From NCBI GenBank assembly GCA_963668675.2, contig CAXXMB010000002.1:1440001-1504000 (forward strand): a DNA stretch of 64,000 nucleotides. The letters are read 5' to 3'. This stretch comes from an uncultured Desulfatitalea sp. (GTDB taxonomy: Bacteria > Desulfobacterota > Desulfobacteria > Desulfobacterales > Desulfosarcinaceae). Shown here piece after piece: positions 41,769 to 50,583 of the stretch. The notes beneath the pieces were generated by a model that saw only the letters and a list, made by a program, of their open reading frames with translations, searched no databases and was not told where the DNA came from. Each line of letters opens with the position of its first letter. Positions within the stretch are counted from its first letter, which is position 1. Made by a program: the position numbers and the translations under genes.

Positions 41769-42872
41769 ATGGCTAATGCCCAACAAAAGAAGGCTCCAAA
41801 AAAGCAATCCAAAGGCAGCGCCGTAAAACCGGAGGTCCTGCCTCAAGGATCGAAACAGGTATCAGTTTTCACAATGGATGGAACGGCACACACTGAATTC
41901 AGTACCGTGCAAAACATTTATTATTCAAAGGAAATCATAGAGAAAACCACGAGCGAATTTAACATTGAAAAATTAAATGAAAAATTTTCCGAAGGTAAGG
42001 ATTCCTTCTTGGCTGAAGGAAAGCGCCAGATCAACGAATTGTGGCACGGCATAGAAGCTCTTACCGTTCATAACACCATGTTTGTGGTGCTATTTTTGTT
42101 ATCGATTGGAGAAATTCTAAATGAGGTGCGGGCAAAATTGACTCGTTCCGAATTTGTAGCGTGGCGCCGAAGTTTCTTTAGCCATAAACAGGAGCGATAT
42201 CTTCAACAGGCACAACAATTGGCCAAGATGGGTGATTTCGCCAAAAAATATGCGAGCATGGGGAAGAAACGGCTACTCATTTTGGATAAGCTCAGAAAAG
42301 ATGAAAACAAAGAATCTTTTGAAGAATTATTTGAAGATCATCCAATACCCGAGGAGGTGGAAGAGAGCTTTCTCGCAAAAGAACAGATCCAAGAAAATCC
42401 ATTTCCTGATTCTACTGAGGATTTCGAAGGAGAACTGTTAAAGGAGCATGTTGATGCGAAAATTACCTTAGAACGGCTGAAGAAAGCAGGGATAGATTTT
42501 GCCTCTTTTGATCAAGCCTATTTAATCGCAGCGTATAATAGGAATCCCATCCCTGTTAAAAATGCGGTAAAAGTAGCGACTTGGGTCAATGCAAAAGGAT
42601 CTGAGGAGAACAAGAAAAAATGGTTTGATATCTTAGTCCTTAATAAAATGATGTTTCCCGAACATCAATCTCGCGAAAGATCGATCCGGGAAAGCTTAAA
42701 CTCTATTCTGGCAGAATTCGTGGATTGTTGTAAAAAAAGCGATTTTACGGATCAAGAATGGATTGCACTTCAAAAGCCTCTTCTGGATAAGGATATTATT
42801 CTCCAATCGATGGAATATATCAGGAAGGTTGGCGATTTACTTGGCATAAAAGAAGAAACAGTATCCAAATAA
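41769..42872 (+). CDS. DUF3102-like domain protein
   Basis: IGEILNEVRAKLTRSEFVAWRRSFF...ERYLQQAQQLA resembles the DUF3102 pattern (IG..L.E.K......F..W....F..SERTA..YM..A); remainder helical and charged. Confidence 0.6.
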   Translation: MANAQQKKAPKKQSKGSAVKPEVLPQGSKQVSVFTMDGTAHTEFSTVQNIYYSKEIIEKTTSEFNIEKLNEKFSEGKDSFLAEGKRQINELWHGIEALTVHNTMFVVLFLLSIGEILNEVRAKLTRSEFVAWRRSFFSHKQERYLQQAQQLAKMGDFAKKYASMGKKRLLILDKLRKDENKESFEELFEDHPIPEEVEESFLAKEQIQENPFPDSTEDFEGELLKEHVDAKITLERLKKAGIDFASFDQAYLIAAYNRNPIPVKNAVKVATWVNAKGSEENKKKWFDILVLNKMMFPEHQSRERSIRESLNSILAEFVDCCKKSDFTDQEWIALQKPLLDKDIILQSMEYIRKVGDLLGIKEETVSK

Positions 42873-42899
42873 AATTTCCCGATCAAGGAATAATGTCAC

Positions 42900-43748
42900 A
42901 TGAAAGTATTTGCAGCCGTGGGCGAAGCAGAATCAGTCAGGGTGTTTTATGAAAAGACCAATATCAAACTTAATTATCTGATTTCGTATTTTTATTTGGA
43001 AGGACAGGCCTATAGATTGACCGACCAATATAGGCATATGATCAACGATCTGTACCTTGATTCGGGTGCGTTCTCTGTCGCCGGTGGACGATCAAAAATT
43101 ACTATCACCGAGTATACCAAGTATTTGACCCTTTATGGAGACCGTTTCGACGAATATTTCAATTTGGACGATCGCTTTGATGATCCCGAACACAATTTAG
43201 ACAATCAAATGTATCTGGAAGAAAATTTATCGGAAGGGGCCAAACATCCAATTCCTGTTGTGCATGACATCGAAGACCCGTTCGCCGAGTTTCAAACCTA
43301 CGCTAATTTTGGACATGAATATATTGCCATCGGTTCTACAATCAACATCCCGGATGACACAATGAAAAAAATTAAGGAAAAATTTCCAGATGTTAAAATT
43401 CATCTGTTTGGAAAGACCTCGTTTAAACAGCTTTCAACAGGATATTACTATTCTGCCGATTCTACTACATGGGCAGATGCGGCTGGATATGGTGATATCT
43501 TGTATTGGGATCCAGATGAAAATGAATCCCATAAAATCTACATGGGAGCAACCAACAGAAAAGACACAGAATCAGACCACTACAAGCGATTTGATAAAAA
43601 GGATAAACTTGAAGCCTTTTTAAGGGATACATTTGGTTTTGAATACAATGATCTTTTGATAAGAAGCGGCGCAAGCAACAGGAGAATCGTAAATTTGTAT
43701 TATTATAAGCAGGTTGAGGACTATCTGACAAGCATTGAACCGTCCTGA
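42900..43748 (+). CDS. TGT/DpdA-like guanine transglycosylase-fold protein
   Basis: LISY, LDSGAFS (D54), NLD (D90), PVVH, YIAIG, KIHLFG, SADSTTW (D187) in TGT barrel order; no Zn-binding CxCxxC tail. Confidence 0.75.
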   Translation: MKVFAAVGEAESVRVFYEKTNIKLNYLISYFYLEGQAYRLTDQYRHMINDLYLDSGAFSVAGGRSKITITEYTKYLTLYGDRFDEYFNLDDRFDDPEHNLDNQMYLEENLSEGAKHPIPVVHDIEDPFAEFQTYANFGHEYIAIGSTINIPDDTMKKIKEKFPDVKIHLFGKTSFKQLSTGYYYSADSTTWADAAGYGDILYWDPDENESHKIYMGATNRKDTESDHYKRFDKKDKLEAFLRDTFGFEYNDLLIRSGASNRRIVNLYYYKQVEDYLTSIEPS

Positions 43749-43749
43749 C

Positions 43750-43770
43750 AAAACGAACCGGGTTCGTTTT
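43750..43770 (+). terminator. inverted repeat / probable terminator
   Basis: AAAACGAACC-G-GGTTCGTTTT right after the stop codon. Confidence 0.6.
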
Positions 43771-43981
43771 CCGTGCTAATTGCATAGCGATTTTAACGTT
43801 AAATTATCTTCATAAACGATATCCTTGAAGGTATATCTTCCCCTTCACGCAGATTCAAATTCCGCTCTATTTTACTATCCAGTTTGCAACTGAATACTTC
43901 GCATCTCCTTCACAGTAACAAATACCAAAATGAAGCGATTCATCAATGCTTCAAATTCACTTTAATAAGGAGAATTGAACT

Positions 43982-44797
43982 ATGGGTATTCAAGAAACAA
44001 AACAGACAAAAAAGGCATCAGTAGGGCACGGAACGCAGGAATGGGCGGTCAAGAACGTCAACTGCTGCACCGGCTGTTCTCACGATTGCCGCTACTGCTA
44101 TGCAAAGGCCATGGCGGTCAGATTTAAACAGGTGACGCCAGGTCAGTGGCCATTAGAACGGCTGAGGCAAAAAGATGTCGATAAAATTTATAAAAAATTT
44201 GATGGACAGGTCATGTTCCCATCGTCCCACGATATCACGCCCGGCAATGTCAATGGCTGTTTGACAGCTTTGAGATGCTTAATCGTCGTCGGTAACAGGA
44301 TGTTGATAGTCAGCAAACCACAATTGGATTGCATCAAACGGTTATGCAAAATGTTCAGGCCATACAGACGTAGAATTTTGTTACGATTTTCCATTGGTGC
44401 GTGTGACGACCGGATTCTTTCGTATTGGGAACCTAATGCACCCTGCTATGCTGAAAGAAAGCAATGTTTGATGCACGCCTGTCAAAAAGGATTCCAAACA
44501 TCGGTAAGCGTAGAACCAATGCTGGATTCTGCCAATATAGACACGCTTATAAGCGATTTGTCTCCCTATGTGACCCATTCGATATGGATCGGTACGATGA
44601 ACCACCTGGGGCGTTTAGAGAAGCATGCAGATGCTAATTTGAAAAGGGCAGTTGAACAGATTCGCCGGGGACAGAGCGATTCGATCATCAAGTCTATATA
44701 CGATCGTCACAAGGGTAATCCGTTGATCCGATGGAAGAAGGAAATTAAAAAGATCGTCGGTATTCCCATTCCGAAGAAAAACGGGCTGGATATTTAA
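43982..44797 (+). CDS. radical SAM protein (SplB-like / DUF5131-like)
   Basis: GCSHDCRYCYA (C32-C36-C39), IVSK, WEP.AP...ER, VSVEP, WIG.MN; AAGGAG RBS. Confidence 0.8.
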   Translation: MGIQETKQTKKASVGHGTQEWAVKNVNCCTGCSHDCRYCYAKAMAVRFKQVTPGQWPLERLRQKDVDKIYKKFDGQVMFPSSHDITPGNVNGCLTALRCLIVVGNRMLIVSKPQLDCIKRLCKMFRPYRRRILLRFSIGACDDRILSYWEPNAPCYAERKQCLMHACQKGFQTSVSVEPMLDSANIDTLISDLSPYVTHSIWIGTMNHLGRLEKHADANLKRAVEQIRRGQSDSIIKSIYDRHKGNPLIRWKKEIKKIVGIPIPKKNGLDI

Positions 44798-44872
44798 TAG
44801 GGCGGCCGATATCTAAAAAATGGGGCAACCTGGAAAGCATTAGAATCGGGCCTTAATCTTTCTCCACAAATT

Positions 44873-44913
44873 AAAGGGCGGTTTCTGCATCATGCAGGAG
44901 CTGCCCTTTCTTA
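44873..44913 (+). terminator. intrinsic terminator hairpin
   Basis: AAAGGGCGGTTTCTGCA-loop-TGCAGGAGCTGCCCTTT followed by T-rich tail. Confidence 0.6.
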
Positions 44914-45029
44914 TTTTTATACTACAGCTTCAGTTGCGATCTCAAACTAAACGGTCTGATTTTACAGAACAAAACGATACAAATGCAATCATCATTGCAT
45001 GATAAATCATTTCAAAAGGAGGAAACATT

Positions 45030-45197
45030 ATGAGAACGAGTCAATTTTCAAAATCATTAAGCGTGGCGCTGCCGCAGGAGCACTTCGATCTGATTAAACG
45101 GATCACCGACGAAGAACAGATCAGCATGGCTGAATGGGTCAGGAGAGCTGTATCAGCGGCGCTGAACAATATTAAACAAGAGGAGGATACAATGTAA
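45030..45197 (+). CDS. small ribbon-helix-helix (CopG-like) protein, 55 aa
   Basis: Below ORF-track cutoff. AGGAGG RBS; MRTSQFSKSLSVALPQEHFDLIKRITDEEQISMAEWVRRAVSAALNNIKQEEDTM; TAATG coupling to primase. Confidence 0.8.
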   Translation: MRTSQFSKSLSVALPQEHFDLIKRITDEEQISMAEWVRRAVSAALNNIKQEEDTM

Positions 45198-47512
45198 TGA
45201 ATCTACAGAACATGATTAAAGACAAACAGCAGTACCCTAAAAGAGCAACACATTTTTTCAGCATTCTATTTGCTGAGGCATTGCGGAACGGTTATGGCGA
45301 GATTGAAATCAGAGGGTTTAAAAATGGCCCTCGATTTCAATCCTACCACAATAATCTCTCTGCGGCAGTTATAGCAGCGTATGAAGCGTGTCAACAGGGG
45401 TATGATGTCTATGCTGGCGTCAATCCCCGCATTGGCCAAGCAGGTAGCAAAAACAATGTTCAATATCTGGTATCGTTTCATGCTGAAATCGACTACGGAA
45501 TAGATGGCCATAAAAAGAAACCAGAATACGAAACCAAAAAAGATGCACTGGCAGCTATCAAGGCTTTTGAAATCCCTCCGACCATCGTAATCCACAGCGG
45601 CGGTGGATTTCATTGCTATTGGGTATTGGAAACTCCGGTGAATGTCTCAGAAATAGGTCTAAACAACCTTGAAAACGTCAACAAAGCGATTTTAAAGAAA
45701 ATACATGCTGATGGTGGGACACACAATATCAACCGTATACTGCGCGTTCCTGGGACATTCAATTTCAAGATCCCTGGCAATCCGCGACCGGTTGAAATCG
45801 TCATGGATTTGGGACCGACCTATGATCTGAAAACGTTCGAACCATTTATGGATTTTGAGCCAGAGCCCAATGTGAAACATACATCCATTCCGAATAATCC
45901 AGTAAGCGAATCTTCAGATTGGGATCAGAACATATCCTCGCTACCGGTATCTGACAAAATCAAAAACTTAATACTGCATGGTAACGATGGATCATACGCG
46001 TCTCGGAGTGAGGCAGATCAGGCGGTCATCACAGCATTGGTGAACAAGGGACTGAATGAAAGGCAAATCGTAACAATTTTCCAGAATTATCCTATCGGGG
46101 AAAAGTATCGCGAACACTCCTCACCTGAGGCCTATATGAAAGGCAACATCGAGAAAGCTGAGGAGTTTTCTCATTTAACAGACGATGAGCGACAGGATCC
46201 CTTATTCATATCGAGCGTCATCCATAAAAGCGACAATGGCAAGTATACCCTGAAAATCGTTCAGTTCCAGGAATACATGTACGAAAAATATAAGATCAAA
46301 TTCCTGGAAAAAGAGCGGGCGTTCTTCATGTACAATGGCCAATGCTACGAACAGTGCAGCGACGATCGATTGAATAATGTCTGCCAAACCGACTTGGGAA
46401 AGCACCGTGAGTTATTTACCCCGGCATCGAAAGCCAACTTTATCCATTATGCCATCGGAAACGATTTGATCGATGTCGAAACGGCGTTTGAAGACCAGGT
46501 CAGGTATTTAACCCTGCAGAACGGCTTGTATGATCTGTCCCAATATGAACTCGTTTCACATGATCCGGAAATATTCACGACCAACCTGTTGCCGTACGAT
46601 TTCGATCCCGATGCGAAATGTCCCCGTTGGCTGCAGTATCTGAATGAAGTGTTCATGTCAGATATGGCAACCATCATGTTCGTACAGGAAGCGGTCGGGT
46701 ATGCATTTCATAAGGCGATTCCCAAGGCGGTAATATTCTTTTTGATTGGTGACGGTGGAAATGGAAAATCCGTATTCATTGACGTGATCAGCAGTCTGTG
46801 TGGCAAAGAAAACGTCTGCAATATCAGTCTAAGTCGGCTGAACGATGAAAAATATCTGCCAGAGCTGTTCGGCAAGATGATCAACGTATCGGGTGAAACG
46901 CCAAATGCCAGGAGTTTTAATACGGATTTAATAAAGGCAGTGACCAGCGGCGATTGGGTAACCGGACGTGAAGTGTACAAGAAACCGTCGAAGTTTAAAC
47001 CCTATGCCAAGCACTATCTGGGAATGAACACGTTGCCGGAGATCGAAGATAATACGCATGGTATGTGGAGAAGGATTCATGTGATCGAGTTCCCCAGGAA
47101 ATTCACTGAAACGGAGATGGATGTGGAACTGACCGGAAAGCTGCTGAATGAGCTCTCAGGAATATTCAATTGGGCATTGGAAGGATATCGACGGTTGAGG
47201 GATCAGGGCTTTATATTCAGTGAAAGTCCCTCGATGCGTAAATCGAAAACTTTATACAAACAGAAAAACAGCAGCGCCTATGACTTTGTCGAATCCAGCA
47301 TGGATTTGCTTTTTCTTGATGATGACTCTGCACCATTTAAGGACGTATACGAAATCTACAAGGGATTTTGCCTGACCGAAGGTATTAAAAGAGCGGTATC
47401 GAAAATGAATTTCCGAAAGGCACTTGAAGGTGAAGGGTTTAGGATAAAGAACTCGAGCAGACACTCCAATCAACTGAGGGTATTTTCTTTAGACGCGGAA
47501 GATGTGAATTAA
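45197..47512 (+). CDS. primase-helicase: RepB-like AEP primase + D5/P4-type SF3 helicase
   Basis: AEID, HSGGGFHCYW, RILRVPGT.N.K; SRSEAD helical domain; NG.YDL, CPRW..YL.E; GDGGNGKS, N.LP, WRRI.VI.F. Confidence 0.9.
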   Translation: MNLQNMIKDKQQYPKRATHFFSILFAEALRNGYGEIEIRGFKNGPRFQSYHNNLSAAVIAAYEACQQGYDVYAGVNPRIGQAGSKNNVQYLVSFHAEIDYGIDGHKKKPEYETKKDALAAIKAFEIPPTIVIHSGGGFHCYWVLETPVNVSEIGLNNLENVNKAILKKIHADGGTHNINRILRVPGTFNFKIPGNPRPVEIVMDLGPTYDLKTFEPFMDFEPEPNVKHTSIPNNPVSESSDWDQNISSLPVSDKIKNLILHGNDGSYASRSEADQAVITALVNKGLNERQIVTIFQNYPIGEKYREHSSPEAYMKGNIEKAEEFSHLTDDERQDPLFISSVIHKSDNGKYTLKIVQFQEYMYEKYKIKFLEKERAFFMYNGQCYEQCSDDRLNNVCQTDLGKHRELFTPASKANFIHYAIGNDLIDVETAFEDQVRYLTLQNGLYDLSQYELVSHDPEIFTTNLLPYDFDPDAKCPRWLQYLNEVFMSDMATIMFVQEAVGYAFHKAIPKAVIFFLIGDGGNGKSVFIDVISSLCGKENVCNISLSRLNDEKYLPELFGKMINVSGETPNARSFNTDLIKAVTSGDWVTGREVYKKPSKFKPYAKHYLGMNTLPEIEDNTHGMWRRIHVIEFPRKFTETEMDVELTGKLLNELSGIFNWALEGYRRLRDQGFIFSESPSMRKSKTLYKQKNSSAYDFVESSMDLLFLDDDSAPFKDVYEIYKGFCLTEGIKRAVSKMNFRKALEGEGFRIKNSSRHSNQLRVFSLDAEDVN

Positions 47513-47522
47513 CAGATGTAAG

Positions 47523-47572
47523 CGAGGGATTGTCCTGGGGAATCCGCTAAGGATGATCCCTCGTATTTTTTG
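47523..47572 (+). terminator. intrinsic terminator after primase
   Basis: CGAGGGAT...ATCCCTCG followed by TATTTTTTT. Confidence 0.65.
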
Positions 47573-47599
47573 GGGATAATAAGAAAGAAAATTGAAAAA

Positions 47600-48010
47600 G
47601 CGTTGCTTTTCCCACAGCGGCTGCTGCTTAAATACTAATTCTCCCGGGAATTCAGATTAAAGAAATTAAAACGTATTAAGACGCTTTTAATCTATAATTT
47701 TGTTTGATTACAACATCTTACATTGAAAATTAAAAAATTAACGTAATTTATATCCCAAATACTTAGAAGTATAGAAATAACAAAATAATAGTAAAAAGCA
47801 TATATAGAGTATAAAGGTTCAGATCTTCGTTAATCTTTTAATTTTTCGGATATTGCCTTGTAAATATTGCAAATATTAGATTAAAGCGATTATTAAGCAG
47901 CTTTCACTATTTTTAATCTTACCCAGTCGGCATCTTCGATATTCGAGCGGCTATTCATAGGTCACATATCTATTTCTTCTTAAATGTCATCCCAAGATTA
48001 AAGTTTATAG
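47600..48010. other. putative replication origin (AT-rich, iteron-like heptamers)
   Basis: Non-coding and very AT-rich; AGATTAA at 47654, 47878, 47995 and its complement TTAATCT at 47687, 47830, 47913; lies directly after the primase-helicase. Confidence 0.6.
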
Positions 48011-48181
48011 CGCGCAGCGACTTTGGGAAAAGCAGGCCTTTTCCATTTTCTATTGTTTCATGTCATCGTCATTTTTTATCTTCGGTCTATTCTCCGAAGT
48101 TTCCAACTGGCGCTGATGTCTTAGAAGAAGAGTAACAAAACATAAATTCGATACAAATCCAATTCAAAGGAGGAAGTAAAC

Positions 48182-48352
48182 ATGAGAAAGAAAATCTACA
48201 CACGCAATGTCGGAGTGATGCTATCGGAAGAGAAATTTCAGCGACTGGTCGACATCACCGACGATCTCGAGGTCACAGTTTCGGCATACATTCGGGACTT
48301 GGTCGAGCGGGAGTTAAAAGAGAGTAGAAAGGAGAAGGAAGATGAGCGATAA
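48182..48352 (+). CDS. second small ribbon-helix-helix protein, 56 aa
   Basis: Below ORF-track cutoff. AGGAGG RBS; MRKKIYTRNVGVMLSEEKFQRLVDITDDLEVTVSAYIRDLVERELKESRKEKEDER; overlaps next start by 11 nt. Confidence 0.78.
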   Translation: MRKKIYTRNVGVMLSEEKFQRLVDITDDLEVTVSAYIRDLVERELKESRKEKEDER

Positions 48353-50132
48353 CCAACAACCTGAAGCGTCCGCACTGGATATGCTGATCGATCAATTGCC
48401 AGAGCAGTTCCCCGCAGCAGTCAAGGTGATCAAATACGATATCGCACCGCATCTGGTCGATTGCGATCCCGGCGTCAAGGACCACTACATCAAGATCATC
48501 AAGAAACGAACAAACGCGGCATCGATCAAGTCGGTGTCTATGCTAATCGATGAGGCCATTAAAGAGATCGACTCCCAGGCAACTGCCAATGATAGCTGTG
48601 CAGAGATCAATGTGACCGTCGATCCGGAGATTGTCGAAGCAGCAGAACGAATCGCTTATGATCCTCAGCTATTCAGGAAAAAGATCGATATCATTAATCA
48701 GTTAGGCGTTATCAACGAACGCAGAAACATCGGTCTGTATCAATTGGTCATGGACAGCCGCCTGTTGCCGATGGGAAGCGCCGGATCCGATGCCCTGGCC
48801 ATGAAAAATTCAGGTCATTATGGTGCCGGCAAATCCTATCCGCTGTTCACATGTCTGAAGCTGTACTCTCAAAGCGCCTACTATCTGATCTCAAGCGGCA
48901 GCGAAAAAAGCCTGTATTCGATTCAGAACGGATTGAAGCACAAGGCCCTGATACTGGCAGAGGCACTGGCATTGGAATCCAGTGGTCGCAAAGATAATGA
49001 ACTGGCCTATGCGATTCGTACACTGATTTCGGAAGGCCAAATCAAATATCAAACCACGGGATACAAGGACAAGAAACCGGTAACGATTGTTAAAAGGATT
49101 GCCGGTCCCACATCGCTGGTGACGACGACCATCAAGGGAAAACTTGAAGATCAACTCGATGACCGCATGATTTCAGTGCATCCAAACACATCCGTGGCAC
49201 AGACGAAGGACATCATCGAACGAACGGCACAGGTGGCAACAGGAAACGATATGCTGGCAGATGAGAAGGAGTTAAGGGCCTATCAGCACTATCATGACAG
49301 TTTGATTTCAGCAGAGGTAGTGATTCCGTTTGCTTCGGATATCGCGTCATTTGTCAGTCGAAATGGATCCTTGCCTATATCGGCACGACGGTCGTTTAAG
49401 CGGGTTTTGTCAGCGATCAAGACCATGACATTGCTTTATCAAAAACAACGCCAAAAAGACGAGCAGGGACGGTTTATTGCCGACTATATTGATTATGCCG
49501 TGGTGTATCAATTGCTGAAAGAATCCTTTGAGGAAAGTCTCGGTCACAATAAACGATACACGGATGAGAGAGTTAGAAGGATTGAGATTGAAGGTGTCAT
49601 GACTCCCAAGGCATTGTCGGAACGATTTGGCGTATCGAACGCGGCGATATCCCAATGGTCGTCAAAGCTGGTTGAACAAGGGGTATTGAGCTGGTGTGAG
49701 GGTAATGGTGCCGAGTTTATTGATGAGCAGGCCCTGGAAAAAGCGAAACGGTCAGGCAAGGCATATTTGTGTGTGGCTGGATCGAAAAGCTTGCCGACGC
49801 CGTTTCAGCTATCCGGTGATGCGCGTTGGGATCGGGGTGGTGAGCTCTATACCGCATACGATCTGCAGTTGGATGCCGGCAACGATGATGAAGGTCGAGC
49901 CAAGGCGATGGTTGAAAAGGAATCTGTGGAGACAGTCGAACAATATGGAGACACTGATTCCTGGGACAAGAAGAGGGCGCCTGTTAAGGTGTTAAGCGTA
50001 AAATCGCACGACGACGTTTTAAAAATGGTCGAAAACCAACGAAAAACCGGTTCGAATAGCAGCGAAGCAATCGATTTGAGCAGTGAATTTGACAGAATCC
50101 TATCGTTGGATCGAGTCGAAATATCTAATTAA
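48342..50132 (+). CDS. P-loop (AAA+/MCM-like) ATPase with C-terminal winged HTH
   Basis: GHYGAGKS Walker A, LILAE Walker B, GPTSLVTTT, LDDR arginine finger; TPKALSERFGVSNAAISQW..LVEQG wHTH. Confidence 0.7.
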   Translation: MSDNQQPEASALDMLIDQLPEQFPAAVKVIKYDIAPHLVDCDPGVKDHYIKIIKKRTNAASIKSVSMLIDEAIKEIDSQATANDSCAEINVTVDPEIVEAAERIAYDPQLFRKKIDIINQLGVINERRNIGLYQLVMDSRLLPMGSAGSDALAMKNSGHYGAGKSYPLFTCLKLYSQSAYYLISSGSEKSLYSIQNGLKHKALILAEALALESSGRKDNELAYAIRTLISEGQIKYQTTGYKDKKPVTIVKRIAGPTSLVTTTIKGKLEDQLDDRMISVHPNTSVAQTKDIIERTAQVATGNDMLADEKELRAYQHYHDSLISAEVVIPFASDIASFVSRNGSLPISARRSFKRVLSAIKTMTLLYQKQRQKDEQGRFIADYIDYAVVYQLLKESFEESLGHNKRYTDERVRRIEIEGVMTPKALSERFGVSNAAISQWSSKLVEQGVLSWCEGNGAEFIDEQALEKAKRSGKAYLCVAGSKSLPTPFQLSGDARWDRGGELYTAYDLQLDAGNDDEGRAKAMVEKESVETVEQYGDTDSWDKKRAPVKVLSVKSHDDVLKMVENQRKTGSNSSEAIDLSSEFDRILSLDRVEISN

Positions 50133-50181
50133 ATTCAATAAGAAAGGCATGTCTGATTTATTGCCTTTCGGGGAGGATATC

Positions 50182-50367
50182 ATGGGAATGAAGTATTGTC
50201 CAAAGTGCAAGGAGGTTGCCGTAACCAAGGCACTTCCGAATTACACGCAAGTAGAAATCAAGGGCGTTCTTGGTAAGAGACGAAAGATCGTTCATCTGGA
50301 AGAGGACGGCGGCTGTGGTCACAGCTGGTATACGGTCGAGTTGATGCAGGATGCCCTTGAGGAATGA
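50182..50367 (+). CDS. small zinc-ribbon-like protein
   Basis: GGAGG RBS; CPKC ... KRR ... CGHSWYTVE (NrdR/Ogr-like ribbon pattern). Confidence 0.65.
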   Translation: MGMKYCPKCKEVAVTKALPNYTQVEIKGVLGKRRKIVHLEEDGGCGHSWYTVELMQDALEE

Positions 50368-50569
50368 TGGGGTATTTGAAAATGGGATAGGGTCACTGGT
50401 CGATCTTTGTGGTTGGTCGGCCGGTGATCTCAAAAAAGCGCTCGTATATCCAAAAAACAACCCCGTTTGGATCCGGTATCTGCGGTTTAGGGGCGCGCAA
50501 CTGATAGATCTGGATTTTCGCTCTGAAAACGAAAAGCGATTCTACTCAGCGTCGCCAAATTTTCAATAG
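50351..50569 (+). CDS. hypothetical protein
   Basis: 72-aa ORF filling the gap between two co-oriented genes; no motif. Confidence 0.3.
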   Translation: MPLRNDGVFENGIGSLVDLCGWSAGDLKKALVYPKNNPVWIRYLRFRGAQLIDLDFRSENEKRFYSASPNFQ

Positions 50570-50583
50570 GGAGGACCTACTAT

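Noticed and set aside
42900..43748. Calling this the housekeeping tRNA-guanine transglycosylase tgt
   Set aside because: Too short, lacks the Zn-binding motif and DSGGFQ context, and lies in a mobile element.
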